From: a virus | Taxonomy: Duplodnaviria > Caudoviricetes | IMG/VR virus record: IMGVR_UViG_3300031963_000080 | Span: 1 to 64,000 of that record | Reading direction: 5' to 3' (one strand) | DNA: 64,000 bases | In this document: positions 19,800 through 26,936 of the stretch, one piece after another | Layout of the letters: the number at the start of each line of letters is the position of its first letter | How positions within the stretch are numbered: position 1 is the first letter of the stretch | Translations under genes and position numbers: made by a program | The notes under the pieces: model-generated | What the model was told of the DNA's origin: nothing | The model's input: the letters and a program-made list of their open reading frames with translations, nothing else | Databases searched by the model: none

Positions 19800-19955
19800 C
19801 AGGTCTGCCATGCACGCCACCAATTCTTTAACTGGAAATTGGAAACCAGGCGGGAGTAACCTCCACATCCGCACCAGTCGTCATATTTAATGTCCATACG
19901 ACGAGGACAATTTTGGGTCACAATTGGCTCCACCACTTAGTTTTGAGAAACTAAG
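19800..19955 (-). ncRNA. Structured RNA with tandem H-type pseudoknots and UGGYG motifs (wcaG/manA-like cyanophage motif)
   Basis: GUCC/GGAC with CGUCGUAU/AUAUGACG; CUGG/CCAG with CCAAUUU/GAAUUGG; located upstream of a sugar-nucleotide operon. Family assignment is from memory. Confidence 0.65.
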
Positions 19956-20170
19956 AAAAGTTGTGCTAATTTACTCAATTCGATCATACTAAAGAAAACG
20001 CATAATAACAACATATCCCATAATCTAAATTTAATCACAAAAGGAACAATAAGTAGTCCCCCAATAAACTTCAATAATAGACCACTTTTGAAATCCCCCC
20101 ATAACATAATTTGATAACCAATAATGAGAAAAAGATTTCCAAGGTACCTAAGAACACTAGTTTTAGACAT
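19937..20170 (-). CDS. Small multi-TM membrane protein
   Basis: 77 aa, about three hydrophobic helices. Confidence 0.7.
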   Translation of the reverse strand: MSKTSVLRYLGNLFLIIGYQIMLWGDFKSGLLLKFIGGLLIVPFVIKFRLWDMLLLCVFFSMIELSKLAQLFLVSQN

Positions 20171-20221
20171 AAGGGAAGCACTCCGACCAGGGCAAGTTTT
20201 AAGTCATTCCGAGACTATTTA

Positions 20222-20446
20222 CTATGCAGGAACATCGACTTGAAGATCTTCACAAAGAAGGCTCAAAATTAACTCATAATCAGCTTCCGATTCCTGATAA
20301 AACTGAATTCCTTGCTCTTCATAAAATTTTTTAACCTTTTTGAAGAGTTTTGGTTGATCATATTCTAGATCAATTTCTCGGTTTGCGGCACGAGTAAGAG
20401 TATAAATTGATTTGCGAAACTTTGAATTGAAAGGATGATTAGACAT
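20222..20446 (-). CDS. Hypothetical cyanophage protein
   Basis: MSNHPFNSKFRKSI... ORF. Confidence 0.65.
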   Translation of the reverse strand: MSNHPFNSKFRKSIYTLTRAANREIDLEYDQPKLFKKVKKFYEEQGIQFYQESEADYELILSLLCEDLQVDVPA

Positions 20447-20520
20447 TGGTTGAATTTGATTCGTTCCTATTATAAGAGAGAATTGGTGAGATGTCAAGGG
20501 GCACCAAGAATAAAATTTTC

Positions 20521-21099
20521 TTATCTAAGTTTTGGGCCACGCATCCAAGTAACTAACGATAATCTAGTCCCACTTAATACCTTTGAAACTCTATGTGGAA
20601 GCCTAGAATCGAAAATCGTTATAGATCCTTTAGTTCTAGAAATTGAAGTAATGTTTGCATGATAATCAATTAATTGCAATTCTCCGCCATCATATTCGGA
20701 TTCATCTGAAATGAGTAGAGAAGCAGACAATTTTCTAGTATATGCTGAGTCATCTAGACCATAATCACAATGCCAATTATAGTGCCCATTTTGATCATAT
20801 TTACTAACTTGTATTGACTCTATTCCCGCCAAATCATATTCCCAACATTCTCTATTAGCTTTTTCGAAATAATGACGGAACATGGAGCATATCCAATGAT
20901 CGTCCTGTAGCCAGTATATAGTGGAATCTCTGATATTTTTCAAATTGGGGGAATCTTCTTCTTCGTTTGCTGTGGTGCCAACCAAAAAAGAATCTGGGTC
21001 AATGATTTTTATTTCTTTTATCATCATGTCAATCAATTCCGATGGTATTACCTCCGAATAATAAACATAAGATGATGCTTCTTTGTCGTAATATGTCAT
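20521..21099 (-). CDS. 2OG-Fe(II) oxygenase (prolyl-4-hydroxylase/PKHD-like)
   Basis: WHCD (HxD), RKLS, YDGGEL, PHRV, GTRLSLVTW. Confidence 0.9.
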   Translation of the reverse strand: MTYYDKEASSYVYYSEVIPSELIDMMIKEIKIIDPDSFLVGTTANEEEDSPNLKNIRDSTIYWLQDDHWICSMFRHYFEKANRECWEYDLAGIESIQVSKYDQNGHYNWHCDYGLDDSAYTRKLSASLLISDESEYDGGELQLIDYHANITSISRTKGSITIFDSRLPHRVSKVLSGTRLSLVTWMRGPKLR

Positions 21100-21115
21100 A
21101 AAAATATATTAAATA

Positions 21116-21328
21116 TCAGCTTCCTTCTTCATGATCGGTATGAATTCTGATAAGATCGTCATCAGAACAAGTTCCACCAAATACTTCTACCATTTCATTA
21201 TATGGAACCATAATTGCATTTCCATGCTCACTTGTTATAATTAATGATTCACCATTTTCTACTCTTTCCATCAAATAGTCAAAATCAGATTGAAATTCTT
21301 CTACTGTAAATGATTGAAGTTCTGCCAT
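21116..21328 (-). CDS. Small protein resembling the Phd/YefM antitoxin N-terminal domain
   Basis: FTVEEFQSDFDYLMERVENGESLIITSEHGNAIMVPY. Confidence 0.6.
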   Translation of the reverse strand: MAELQSFTVEEFQSDFDYLMERVENGESLIITSEHGNAIMVPYNEMVEVFGGTCSDDDLIRIHTDHEEGS

Positions 21329-21372
21329 TTTTATGAAATTAAATTTACACAGATTAGGTAACAAATTCCTAA

Positions 21373-21448
21373 TCCGGATACTCAGATTTGAACTGAGATT
21401 ATTCCTGCTCCCAAAGCAGGTGCCATGACCAAGTTAGGCGATATCCGG
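21373..21448 (-). tRNA. tRNA-Pro(TGG)
   Basis: Cloverleaf; CCTGC-TT TGG GA-GCAGG anticodon arm; GTTCAAAT T-loop. Confidence 0.92.
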
Positions 21449-21680
21449 GAATTTAAGCTATTTATTATTTGAGTGTATGACCATAATACCAAAGATAGGA
21501 ACCATTGTCAAGAGAAAACAGAGAGTCCCTAAAAATAGACTATTGTTTAATAGTGTTCCAATCAGATGTCCCATTCTTCTTTTTCGTCTTCATAAGTACA
21601 TGGTTCTTCAAAGAGTTCAATCATTTTTTGCTGTAGAACTCTCTGTTGCAATTTTTCTATATCTTCTTCTGTTAATTCAA

Positions 21681-21839
21681 TCACTTATATTTGCCTTCTC
21701 CTCCAAGAAATTTTTCTAGTGGATCTTTTCTTGTTTTTGATATTTCCACGGCTCTTTTATAAAACATATTATCCGTATTACCAGAAGCTTCGAATGTGGC
21801 TTTTATTTTTAACCAATTTTCGTATGTCCGTTGGTCCAT
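21681..21839 (-). CDS. Small hypothetical protein (MDQRTYENWLKIKATFEASGNTDNMFYKRA...)
   Basis: 52-aa ORF in gene-dense orientation; further short ORFs follow at about 21460-21684. Confidence 0.6.
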   Translation of the reverse strand: MDQRTYENWLKIKATFEASGNTDNMFYKRAVEISKTRKDPLEKFLGGEGKYK

Positions 21840-21907
21840 TAGAATATATCATATTATCACTAATTATAATTGGTAAATTCTCAGTGTCAATCATATGTCA
21901 CGAAATC

Positions 21908-22279
21908 TTAATAACCGTGATTGATAATAGTTTTCGTGTACTTCCTTAAAATCTCTCCGGCTCTAGAATTTGCTTCATTTTCGCATTCACTTCCAGTTTC
22001 TCCGCTCATTTCTTTTCCACTTTGTTTTTGATGATAATGTACAAGTTCATGCGCAAGAGTTCTATAAACATCTAATGGATGTCTTTGTGCAGTCTGAATT
22101 TTAATCTCGTCCGTGCCAAGATTAAAACAACCAAAAGTTTTATTGTCAATTGAGAACTTGGGATCATCTATTACAATAACTTTTGGTAAAGTAGATAACC
22201 CAAGTTCATCCTTGACAAAATTCATAAAATCTTTAACTTGAACCTTTTTTGATTCAGTAAGAAACTCTTTGAATCTCAT
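21908..22279 (-). CDS. Zincin-like metallopeptidase domain protein with a capsid-targeting-like N-terminus
   Basis: TLAHELVH (HExxH) plus downstream ENEAN; starts MRFKEFLTE. Confidence 0.75.
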   Translation of the reverse strand: MRFKEFLTESKKVQVKDFMNFVKDELGLSTLPKVIVIDDPKFSIDNKTFGCFNLGTDEIKIQTAQRHPLDVYRTLAHELVHYHQKQSGKEMSGETGSECENEANSRAGEILRKYTKTIINHGY

Positions 22280-22294
22280 GAGTTTTTTATGTAT

Positions 22295-22546
22295 TTATCT
22301 GACTTCAAAATCTAATCTACGAACCTTTCTTTGTCTTCTGGCCTCCTGCCACATAATGTCTTCATTTGTTAATACTTTTGTTGATTCTTTTTGTGCGGGA
22401 GAATTCAACATGACAATTTTCGATAAATCTACTGCAGATATTTTATCTTCTTTTATTGTTGCCATATTGGGACAACCACAAGACTTCGACTGGCCAGGTC
22501 TTGCCGTCACTTCAGTATTGCACTGTTTGCATCTTATCTTTAACAT
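22295..22546 (-). CDS. Hypothetical Cys-rich (Zn-binding) protein
   Basis: CKQC...CGC; late promoter TATAAATA at 22577-22584. Confidence 0.75.
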   Translation of the reverse strand: MLKIRCKQCNTEVTARPGQSKSCGCPNMATIKEDKISAVDLSKIVMLNSPAQKESTKVLTNEDIMWQEARRQRKVRRLDFEVR

Positions 22547-22645
22547 TTCTATTCATTATGAATATTTGCGTTTGATTATTTATAATAAAAAAGCCCACGC
22601 AATGTGAGCTTTTAAAGAATAGATATAAGATTTAACATATTTTAA

Positions 22646-22718
22646 CTCCCCCAGTCCGACTCGAACGAACAACCCCAGAGTTAACAGCTCCGTGCTCTGC
22701 CAATTGAGCTATAGGGGA
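22646..22718 (-). tRNA. tRNA-Asn(GTT)
   Basis: TCCCCTA/TGGGGGA acceptor stem; CT GTT AA loop. Confidence 0.93.
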
Positions 22719-22722
22719 ATGT

Positions 22723-22792
22723 AGGAAGTTACTGGACTTACACCAGTTCGAAGGGCATTGTCTGCTTGTCTCGATTCTTTGACTTAACTTCC
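22723..22792 (-). ncRNA. tRNA-like element with an aberrant anticodon arm
   Basis: GGAAGUU/AACUUCC acceptor stem, GUC/GAC D-like arm, ACUGG-UGUAAGU-CCAGU T-like arm, only a GCA-GACAA-UGC mini anticodon arm. Confidence 0.55.
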
Positions 22793-22832
22793 TTTGGTCT
22801 TCAGTTAGGATACATACCTAACAAACACCAAA

Positions 22833-22903
22833 AGCGAAATACGGGATTCGAACCCGTGACACCAACTTGGAAGGATGGGATGTTACCACTACACCAATTT
22901 CGC
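22833..22903 (-). tRNA. tRNA-Gly(TCC)
   Basis: GCGAAAT/ATTTCGC-T; CT TCC AA loop; GGTTCGAATCC. Confidence 0.93.
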
Positions 22904-22946
22904 AATAAAACAATCATACCATATTTATGAATGACTGCCAAACTTA

Positions 22947-23141
22947 TCAAGAGTTTTTTTGTATTACTTCAAGATCAGTTCCAATAGCACGAAGCCATGT
23001 ATTTAAATTCTCCATAACAAATTCATCATCTGGATTTTCAAAATTGATACGAATATCACGGATTGTATCGTGGTTTTCATTCCTGGCGGAATAACCAAGA
23101 TCATAGTTTGTGTTCACAACTTGTTTTTTGGGCATAATCAA
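22947..23141 (-). CDS. Hypothetical protein within the tRNA cluster
   Basis: 64-aa ORF; late-type motif upstream. Confidence 0.6.
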   Translation of the reverse strand: MIMPKKQVVNTNYDLGYSARNENHDTIRDIRINFENPDDEFVMENLNTWLRAIGTDLEVIQKNS

Positions 23142-23176
23142 TTAAGAATGTAATACGGAGATATTTCAGTATCTCA

Positions 23177-23256
23177 TGCTCGAAACAGGAGTCGAACCTG
23201 CAAGCCGAAGCGGTTGATTTTGAGTCAACTGTGTATACCAATTCCACCATTCGAGC
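23177..23256 (-). tRNA. tRNA-Leu(CAA)
   Basis: GTTGA-CT CAA AA-TCAAC arm and a variable arm. Confidence 0.92.
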
Positions 23257-23296
23257 TGGCGTCTCAGGTTGGATTCGAACCAACGACCAACTGCTT
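23257..23296 (-). pseudogene. 3' half of the interrupted tRNA-Arg(TCT) (position 37 to CCA)
   Basis: AAGCAGTTGGTCGTTGGTTCGAATCCAACCTGAGACGCCA; CTGAGAC pairs with GTCTCAG at 23895-23901. Confidence 0.88.
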
Positions 23297-23710
23297 ATCA
23301 GGAATACTAAGATAATCTTCAGCCAAGTTTATACCAATTTTTTGATTATTCTTGGGAGGAACTAATCTTAGGACAAATGTGTTACTACAATCATTTGGAT
23401 TTATGTAGTAACACATATCTGTGTCTGGACAGTAGACGCACATTACATCAATTTCATTTTTATCATAATTTTGAGTATGTGTTCCATTTTTATCTGTCCA
23501 GCAAGTCCTGAATGGAACTTCTATTTTACCATCTTTTGATGCTCTATACTTGACTTGAACTCTTAAAAAGTTTCCATCTTTGTAGGCAACAAGATCAAAG
23601 GCAGAATGTTCTGTATGAGGAGTAAGAATTAAGTATCCTTTCTCATATAGATCAAGTTGTGCTTTTAGGACTCCAAGATCTCCTTTGTTTTTAGTATGAT
23701 GTTCCCTCAT
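23264..23710 (-). CDS. PD-(D/E)XK homing endonuclease, I-Ssp6803I-like (group I intron-associated family)
   Basis: TKNKGDLG...FDLV...RVQVK...Y...IDVMCVY pattern matches my recollection of I-Ssp6803I; late promoter TATAAATA at 23732-23739. Confidence 0.85.
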   Translation of the reverse strand: MREHHTKNKGDLGVLKAQLDLYEKGYLILTPHTEHSAFDLVAYKDGNFLRVQVKYRASKDGKIEVPFRTCWTDKNGTHTQNYDKNEIDVMCVYCPDTDMCYYINPNDCSNTFVLRLVPPKNNQKIGINLAEDYLSIPDKQLVVGSNPT

Positions 23711-23864
23711 ACAAGTAACGATATCTCTTATTATTTATAAGAGTAGCAACTTACCAGTATGTTACTCAGAACAACCAACAGGCTCACCTGGAATCGAACC
23801 AGGGACATTCGCTTAGAAGGCGAAGGTTATATCCGCTTAACTATGAGCCCAAGCGGTTGTTCTA
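23297..23864 (-). mobile_element. 568-bp insertion (endonuclease plus replacement tRNA-Arg) in a tRNA-Arg(TCT) anticodon loop
   Basis: Bounded by the matching 5' and 3' halves of a tRNA. Confidence 0.8.
23779..23850 (-). tRNA. tRNA-Arg(TCT), intact copy inside the insertion
   Basis: GGGCTCA/TGAGCCT-G; TTCGC-CT TCT AA-GCGAA arm; GGTTCGATTCC. Confidence 0.93.
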
Positions 23865-23901
23865 AGAAATCAGATACTCTATCCAAGTGAGCTACTGAGA
23901 C
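23865..23901 (-). pseudogene. 5' half of the interrupted tRNA-Arg(TCT) (through the anticodon)
   Basis: GTCTCAGTAGCTCACTTGGATAGAGTATCTGATTTCT. Confidence 0.85.
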
Positions 23902-23939
23902 ATAAGACAATCATAAGACATTTATCTTAGATTGTCAAG

Positions 23940-24013
23940 TGGAAACACTGGGGATTGAACCCAGAACCTCACGCTTATAAGGCGTGTGCTCTAACCAGTT
24001 GAGCTATGTTTCC
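23940..24013 (-). tRNA. tRNA-Ile(TAT)
   Basis: CACGC-CT TAT AA-GCGTG arm; GGAAACA/TGTTTCC-A. Confidence 0.9.
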
Positions 24014-24052
24014 GATAAGACAATTATAAGGCAGAACCTTGGAATTGTCAAG

Positions 24053-24136
24053 TGCGAGTAGGGAGACTCGAACTCCCACGGGATTAACTCCCAACGGATT
24101 TTAAGTCCGGTGCGGCTACCATTACGCCATACTCGC
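24053..24136 (-). tRNA. tRNA-Leu(TAA)
   Basis: CGGA-CT TAA AA-TCCG, long variable arm, no intron. Confidence 0.93.
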
Positions 24137-24217
24137 GGATAAGACAATTATAGATCATAAGATCGAAATTGTCAAGTGTTAGAATCGGATCTCTCTCGAA
24201 CCAACACATACATCATA

Positions 24218-24619
24218 TCACTCTTTGGGGCAGCTGTCAACCCATGGGGCACACAACCTGATTTCTCCTCCAAGTGACCGACACTCATCAGTATAGCACA
24301 CAGAGGTGTCTACTGGTTTCTCTGAGAGTCGTGGTGGTGGAATTTTAACATGCCCACCATCTCCTGTCAAGCGTTCATAATCACTGATTGCTTTATCCAC
24401 GGTTCGCTCGACATCTCTTTCCAATATACCAGGATCTTTTTGAAGTTCTGGAATTAATGGAGAATCTGGTTGATATGTTTGGAGATATTCATAAACAATA
24501 TCCCAAATATGTTTTTGTTCTATCTTTAAGCAAGAGGAGAGTGATGCTATTATTAAAGATAGGACTACAATAGTTTTAATATGTGCTTTCTTTTTTCCTA
24601 CCTGAAAATTAAATTTCAT
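24218..24619 (-). CDS. Hypothetical protein with an N-terminal hydrophobic segment (possible lipoprotein)
   Basis: IVVLSLIIASLSSC and C-terminal cysteines. Confidence 0.7.
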   Translation of the reverse strand: MKFNFQVGKKKAHIKTIVVLSLIIASLSSCLKIEQKHIWDIVYEYLQTYQPDSPLIPELQKDPGILERDVERTVDKAISDYERLTGDGGHVKIPPPRLSEKPVDTSVCYTDECRSLGGEIRLCAPWVDSCPKE

Positions 24620-25376
24620 TTAAAAAAATTTTATTGTATACTTCACTATATGCATAATTATTACTAAATTTTCTAATCGGCATATTTAAATAATCGAATT
24701 TTTTATTGGTGATTTCTTCTGCAGCGATCAAAAATAAAGAAAAATAGTGCCAATGACAGGGAGGAATATACTGAGGAGATAAACACACAAAAATATAATC
24801 AAAATTATAATTATCGAAAATATATTGATCTCTAGTAAAATATTGAAATTTTGGTATGTGAGATTTTATAAAAGATTTTTTTGAATGAGAAAAATCAATA
24901 CTTTTTTCATTCCCAATAAAACTATAAGAATTAAGTTTATTCTGAATGTTCAATAATGATATCCAGTTACCTTCATGTACTATACTATTATATTTTATTT
25001 CATCGTAGCTACAAAACAAAGAATTCATCTCCGACTCATCTAAATCTTGGCTGTTTTCTGGTAAATCGGAAGGATATATTACATCATCATGATGATCTAT
25101 ATTAATCAATTCGATATCATCGTAGCGAATTAAATCATCTAGTATAGAATCATGATTATATGAAAACGAAATATTATGGCAAGTGCGAATTGCTCTTAAA
25201 AAAATGGAAAAGCAGTATTGTAAATTTTTTTCGTTAATTGGAAAATCATTTATATTTTTATTTTCGTGAAAATAATTTTTCCATCTTTTTGATGGATTAT
25301 CGTCATACCCAATTTCATGGTATGTCTCAATAGATGGTTCCATAATATAATCTAGATCTATACTAAGAGCTCTCAT
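24609..25376 (-). CDS. Hypothetical arginase/deacetylase-fold-like (UPF0489-like) protein
   Basis: SIDLDY, NIDHHDD, HEGNW, CLSPQY; AT-rich. Confidence 0.6.
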   Translation of the reverse strand: MRALSIDLDYIMEPSIETYHEIGYDDNPSKRWKNYFHENKNINDFPINEKNLQYCFSIFLRAIRTCHNISFSYNHDSILDDLIRYDDIELINIDHHDDVIYPSDLPENSQDLDESEMNSLFCSYDEIKYNSIVHEGNWISLLNIQNKLNSYSFIGNEKSIDFSHSKKSFIKSHIPKFQYFTRDQYIFDNYNFDYIFVCLSPQYIPPCHWHYFSLFLIAAEEITNKKFDYLNMPIRKFSNNYAYSEVYNKIFLNEI

Positions 25377-25427
25377 AATACAAAAAAATAGAGGAAAGAG
25401 TTTTGCTTCCCTCTATTTATTGTCGAA

Positions 25428-26096
25428 TTAAACTTCTACCATGATTAGTCGGTTAGCATACTCATGTGCATAAGATGTGCGAGCACCATGATGCCCCCAA
25501 CCAATCCAACTATACGCATAGTCCATGTAACGATTGATAGACTTACCAGGAGTTTTCATCCTGTCCTCAATTCGTTGCCATTGAACTTCAGTCGTTAGAT
25601 AACGAAGTTGCGTGTGAAGTGATGATGGAGAACCACCATGCCTCTTGGCAAAATCGCCCAATCCATAATAACGATCAGCAGATGTCCATTGAATCAATCC
25701 GTAACCACGACCGCAGTTACCCCAACTAGTTCTGCTACCACCTTCACAGATATTAGGCACGAAAGTGGATTCTTGTCTAATATTACCCATGATGGTAGCG
25801 AGGGCGTTTCTGTCTTTAACACCACGATCCTGGAAAAATGCCAGGGTAGCATTCTCATGTTCATTACACCCTTTACAAATTAGCCTTGTCTGTTTTGGCT
25901 TTGGTGATGCAACCTCTCGGATTGCTGTCTTCCTTTCATCTACAAGATCAAACTCTTTGATAATAACAAATGGTTTGGTTGTTGGGTCAACTGGGGGAGG
26001 AGGTCCCTGCATCTTGTAGTTGACGAATGGCAGTGATGCCGTACTGGTTGTAACCGCTGCCAAGATAGGCATGGCTACTGTAAAGAAATTTTGCAT
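25428..26096 (-). CDS. Phage-tail-type lysozyme / cell-wall hydrolase with signal peptide
   Basis: ATIMGNIRQES, GYGLIQWT, QLRYL. Confidence 0.8.
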   Translation of the reverse strand: MQNFFTVAMPILAAVTTSTASLPFVNYKMQGPPPPVDPTTKPFVIIKEFDLVDERKTAIREVASPKPKQTRLICKGCNEHENATLAFFQDRGVKDRNALATIMGNIRQESTFVPNICEGGSRTSWGNCGRGYGLIQWTSADRYYGLGDFAKRHGGSPSSLHTQLRYLTTEVQWQRIEDRMKTPGKSINRYMDYAYSWIGWGHHGARTSYAHEYANRLIMVEV

Positions 26097-26105
26097 TAAA
26101 ATTAA

Positions 26106-26172
26106 TAGAACTCTACATCCGTATAGAAAGGGGGTACACCCTTTTCTCAAAGGGCACTTTCCACGGCTCTAA
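26106..26172 (-). ncRNA. Structured 5' leader of the hydrolase gene
   Basis: CCGUGGAAAG/CUUUCUAUACGG enclosing GCCCUUU-GAGA-AAAGGGU. Confidence 0.5.
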
Positions 26173-26226
26173 TTGTCACGATCAAAATCTCATAATAAAA
26201 AACCCTGCTCATAACAGGGATTTTAC

Positions 26227-26255
26227 ATTATAAGTGAATATTTATGATTTGTCAA
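26227..26255 (-). promoter_or_regulatory. Consensus sigma70 promoter with a nested late motif
   Basis: TTGACA-17-TATAAT; ATAAATA at 26239-26245. Confidence 0.8.
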
Positions 26256-26485
26256 TCAAGAGTCATGATTTCGATATCATCATCTAAATCAGAAGTAAGC
26301 CACTCAGAAAATTCTTCTTCTAGTGCAATGGCATTTTCAATTTGGTTTTTCTTCGTCAATTTAGAAAACCTATTAATACTCCAATCACGAATGTCTAGAA
26401 TTAGATTTTCCATTGAGGTTTGGTCGTCAGTCATAAATACTTGTTGATTCCAAATCATAGTAAACCATAGTGGTAGGTCTGTCAA
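26252..26485 (-). CDS. Hypothetical protein (start uncertain)
   Basis: ORF-track 77 aa, acidic C-terminus. Confidence 0.6.
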   Translation of the reverse strand: MTDLPLWFTMIWNQQVFMTDDQTSMENLILDIRDWSINRFSKLTKKNQIENAIALEEEFSEWLTSDLDDDIEIMTLD

Positions 26486-26902
26486 GTGTGGAACATAAAA
26501 GGAAAAGTTATTGATGAGGTGCCAGATGGCATGGAAGGATTTGTATATCTTATAACAAATCTGGAAAACGGGAAAAAATATATCGGAAAAAAGACTTTTT
26601 GGGAAAGAAGAAAGGACAGAAAAACCGGAAGAAGAAAAAAGAAAGAAGGCAATTGGAAAAATTACTTTGGATCTTGTGATGAATTGATTGCTGATGTGAA
26701 ATTATTGGGGGAAGACAAATTTCTCCGCGAGATATTATATCTCTGTCCACATAAAAAATCCATGAGTTTCTATGAAACCATGGAGCAATTTAAAAGAGAT
26801 GTAATTTTAAGAGAAGATTATTACAATACGAATGTAGAAGGTAAATTCTTTAGTTCAGAAAAAGACAAAATCTATGACATTGTAATTAAATCCGAAGACT
26901 AA
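26486..26902 (+). CDS. Short GIY-YIG nuclease
   Basis: GFVYLITNLENGKKYIGKK...YFGS...YYNTN. Confidence 0.85.
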   Translation: MWNIKGKVIDEVPDGMEGFVYLITNLENGKKYIGKKTFWERRKDRKTGRRKKKEGNWKNYFGSCDELIADVKLLGEDKFLREILYLCPHKKSMSFYETMEQFKRDVILREDYYNTNVEGKFFSSEKDKIYDIVIKSED

Positions 26903-26927
26903 AAAAGGGAGCTTTTGGCTCCCTTTT
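26901..26927. terminator. Bidirectional terminator
   Basis: AAAAAAGGGAGC-TTTTG-GCTCCCTTTT between convergent genes. Confidence 0.85.
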
Positions 26928-26936
26928 AGTTTATGA

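Larger units (their letters stand above)
23902..24177 (-). repeat. Three 39-bp repeated promoter spacers, one ahead of each tRNA (23902-23940, 24015-24053, 24139-24177)
   Basis: ACTTGACAAT-N-TAT(A/G)ATTGTCTTAT in each copy. Confidence 0.85.

Noticed and set aside
19800-20220. tmRNA (pseudoknots around an ORF; CTCCACCA on the plus strand)
   Set aside because: No tRNA-like acceptor or T-arm domain; the ORF has its own AUG; CTCCACCA is on the opposite strand.
23101-23283. 60-aa ORF
   Set aside because: It runs through tRNA-Leu(CAA) and the tRNA-Arg half; a shadow ORF.
23297-23864. Group I intron in tRNA-Arg
   Set aside because: The insert is almost fully occupied by an ORF and a tRNA; I see no P3-P7 core and no terminal G at the 3' junction.
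23902-24177. Mini-CRISPR array
   Set aside because: The repeats are promoter elements and the intervening sequences are tRNA genes.
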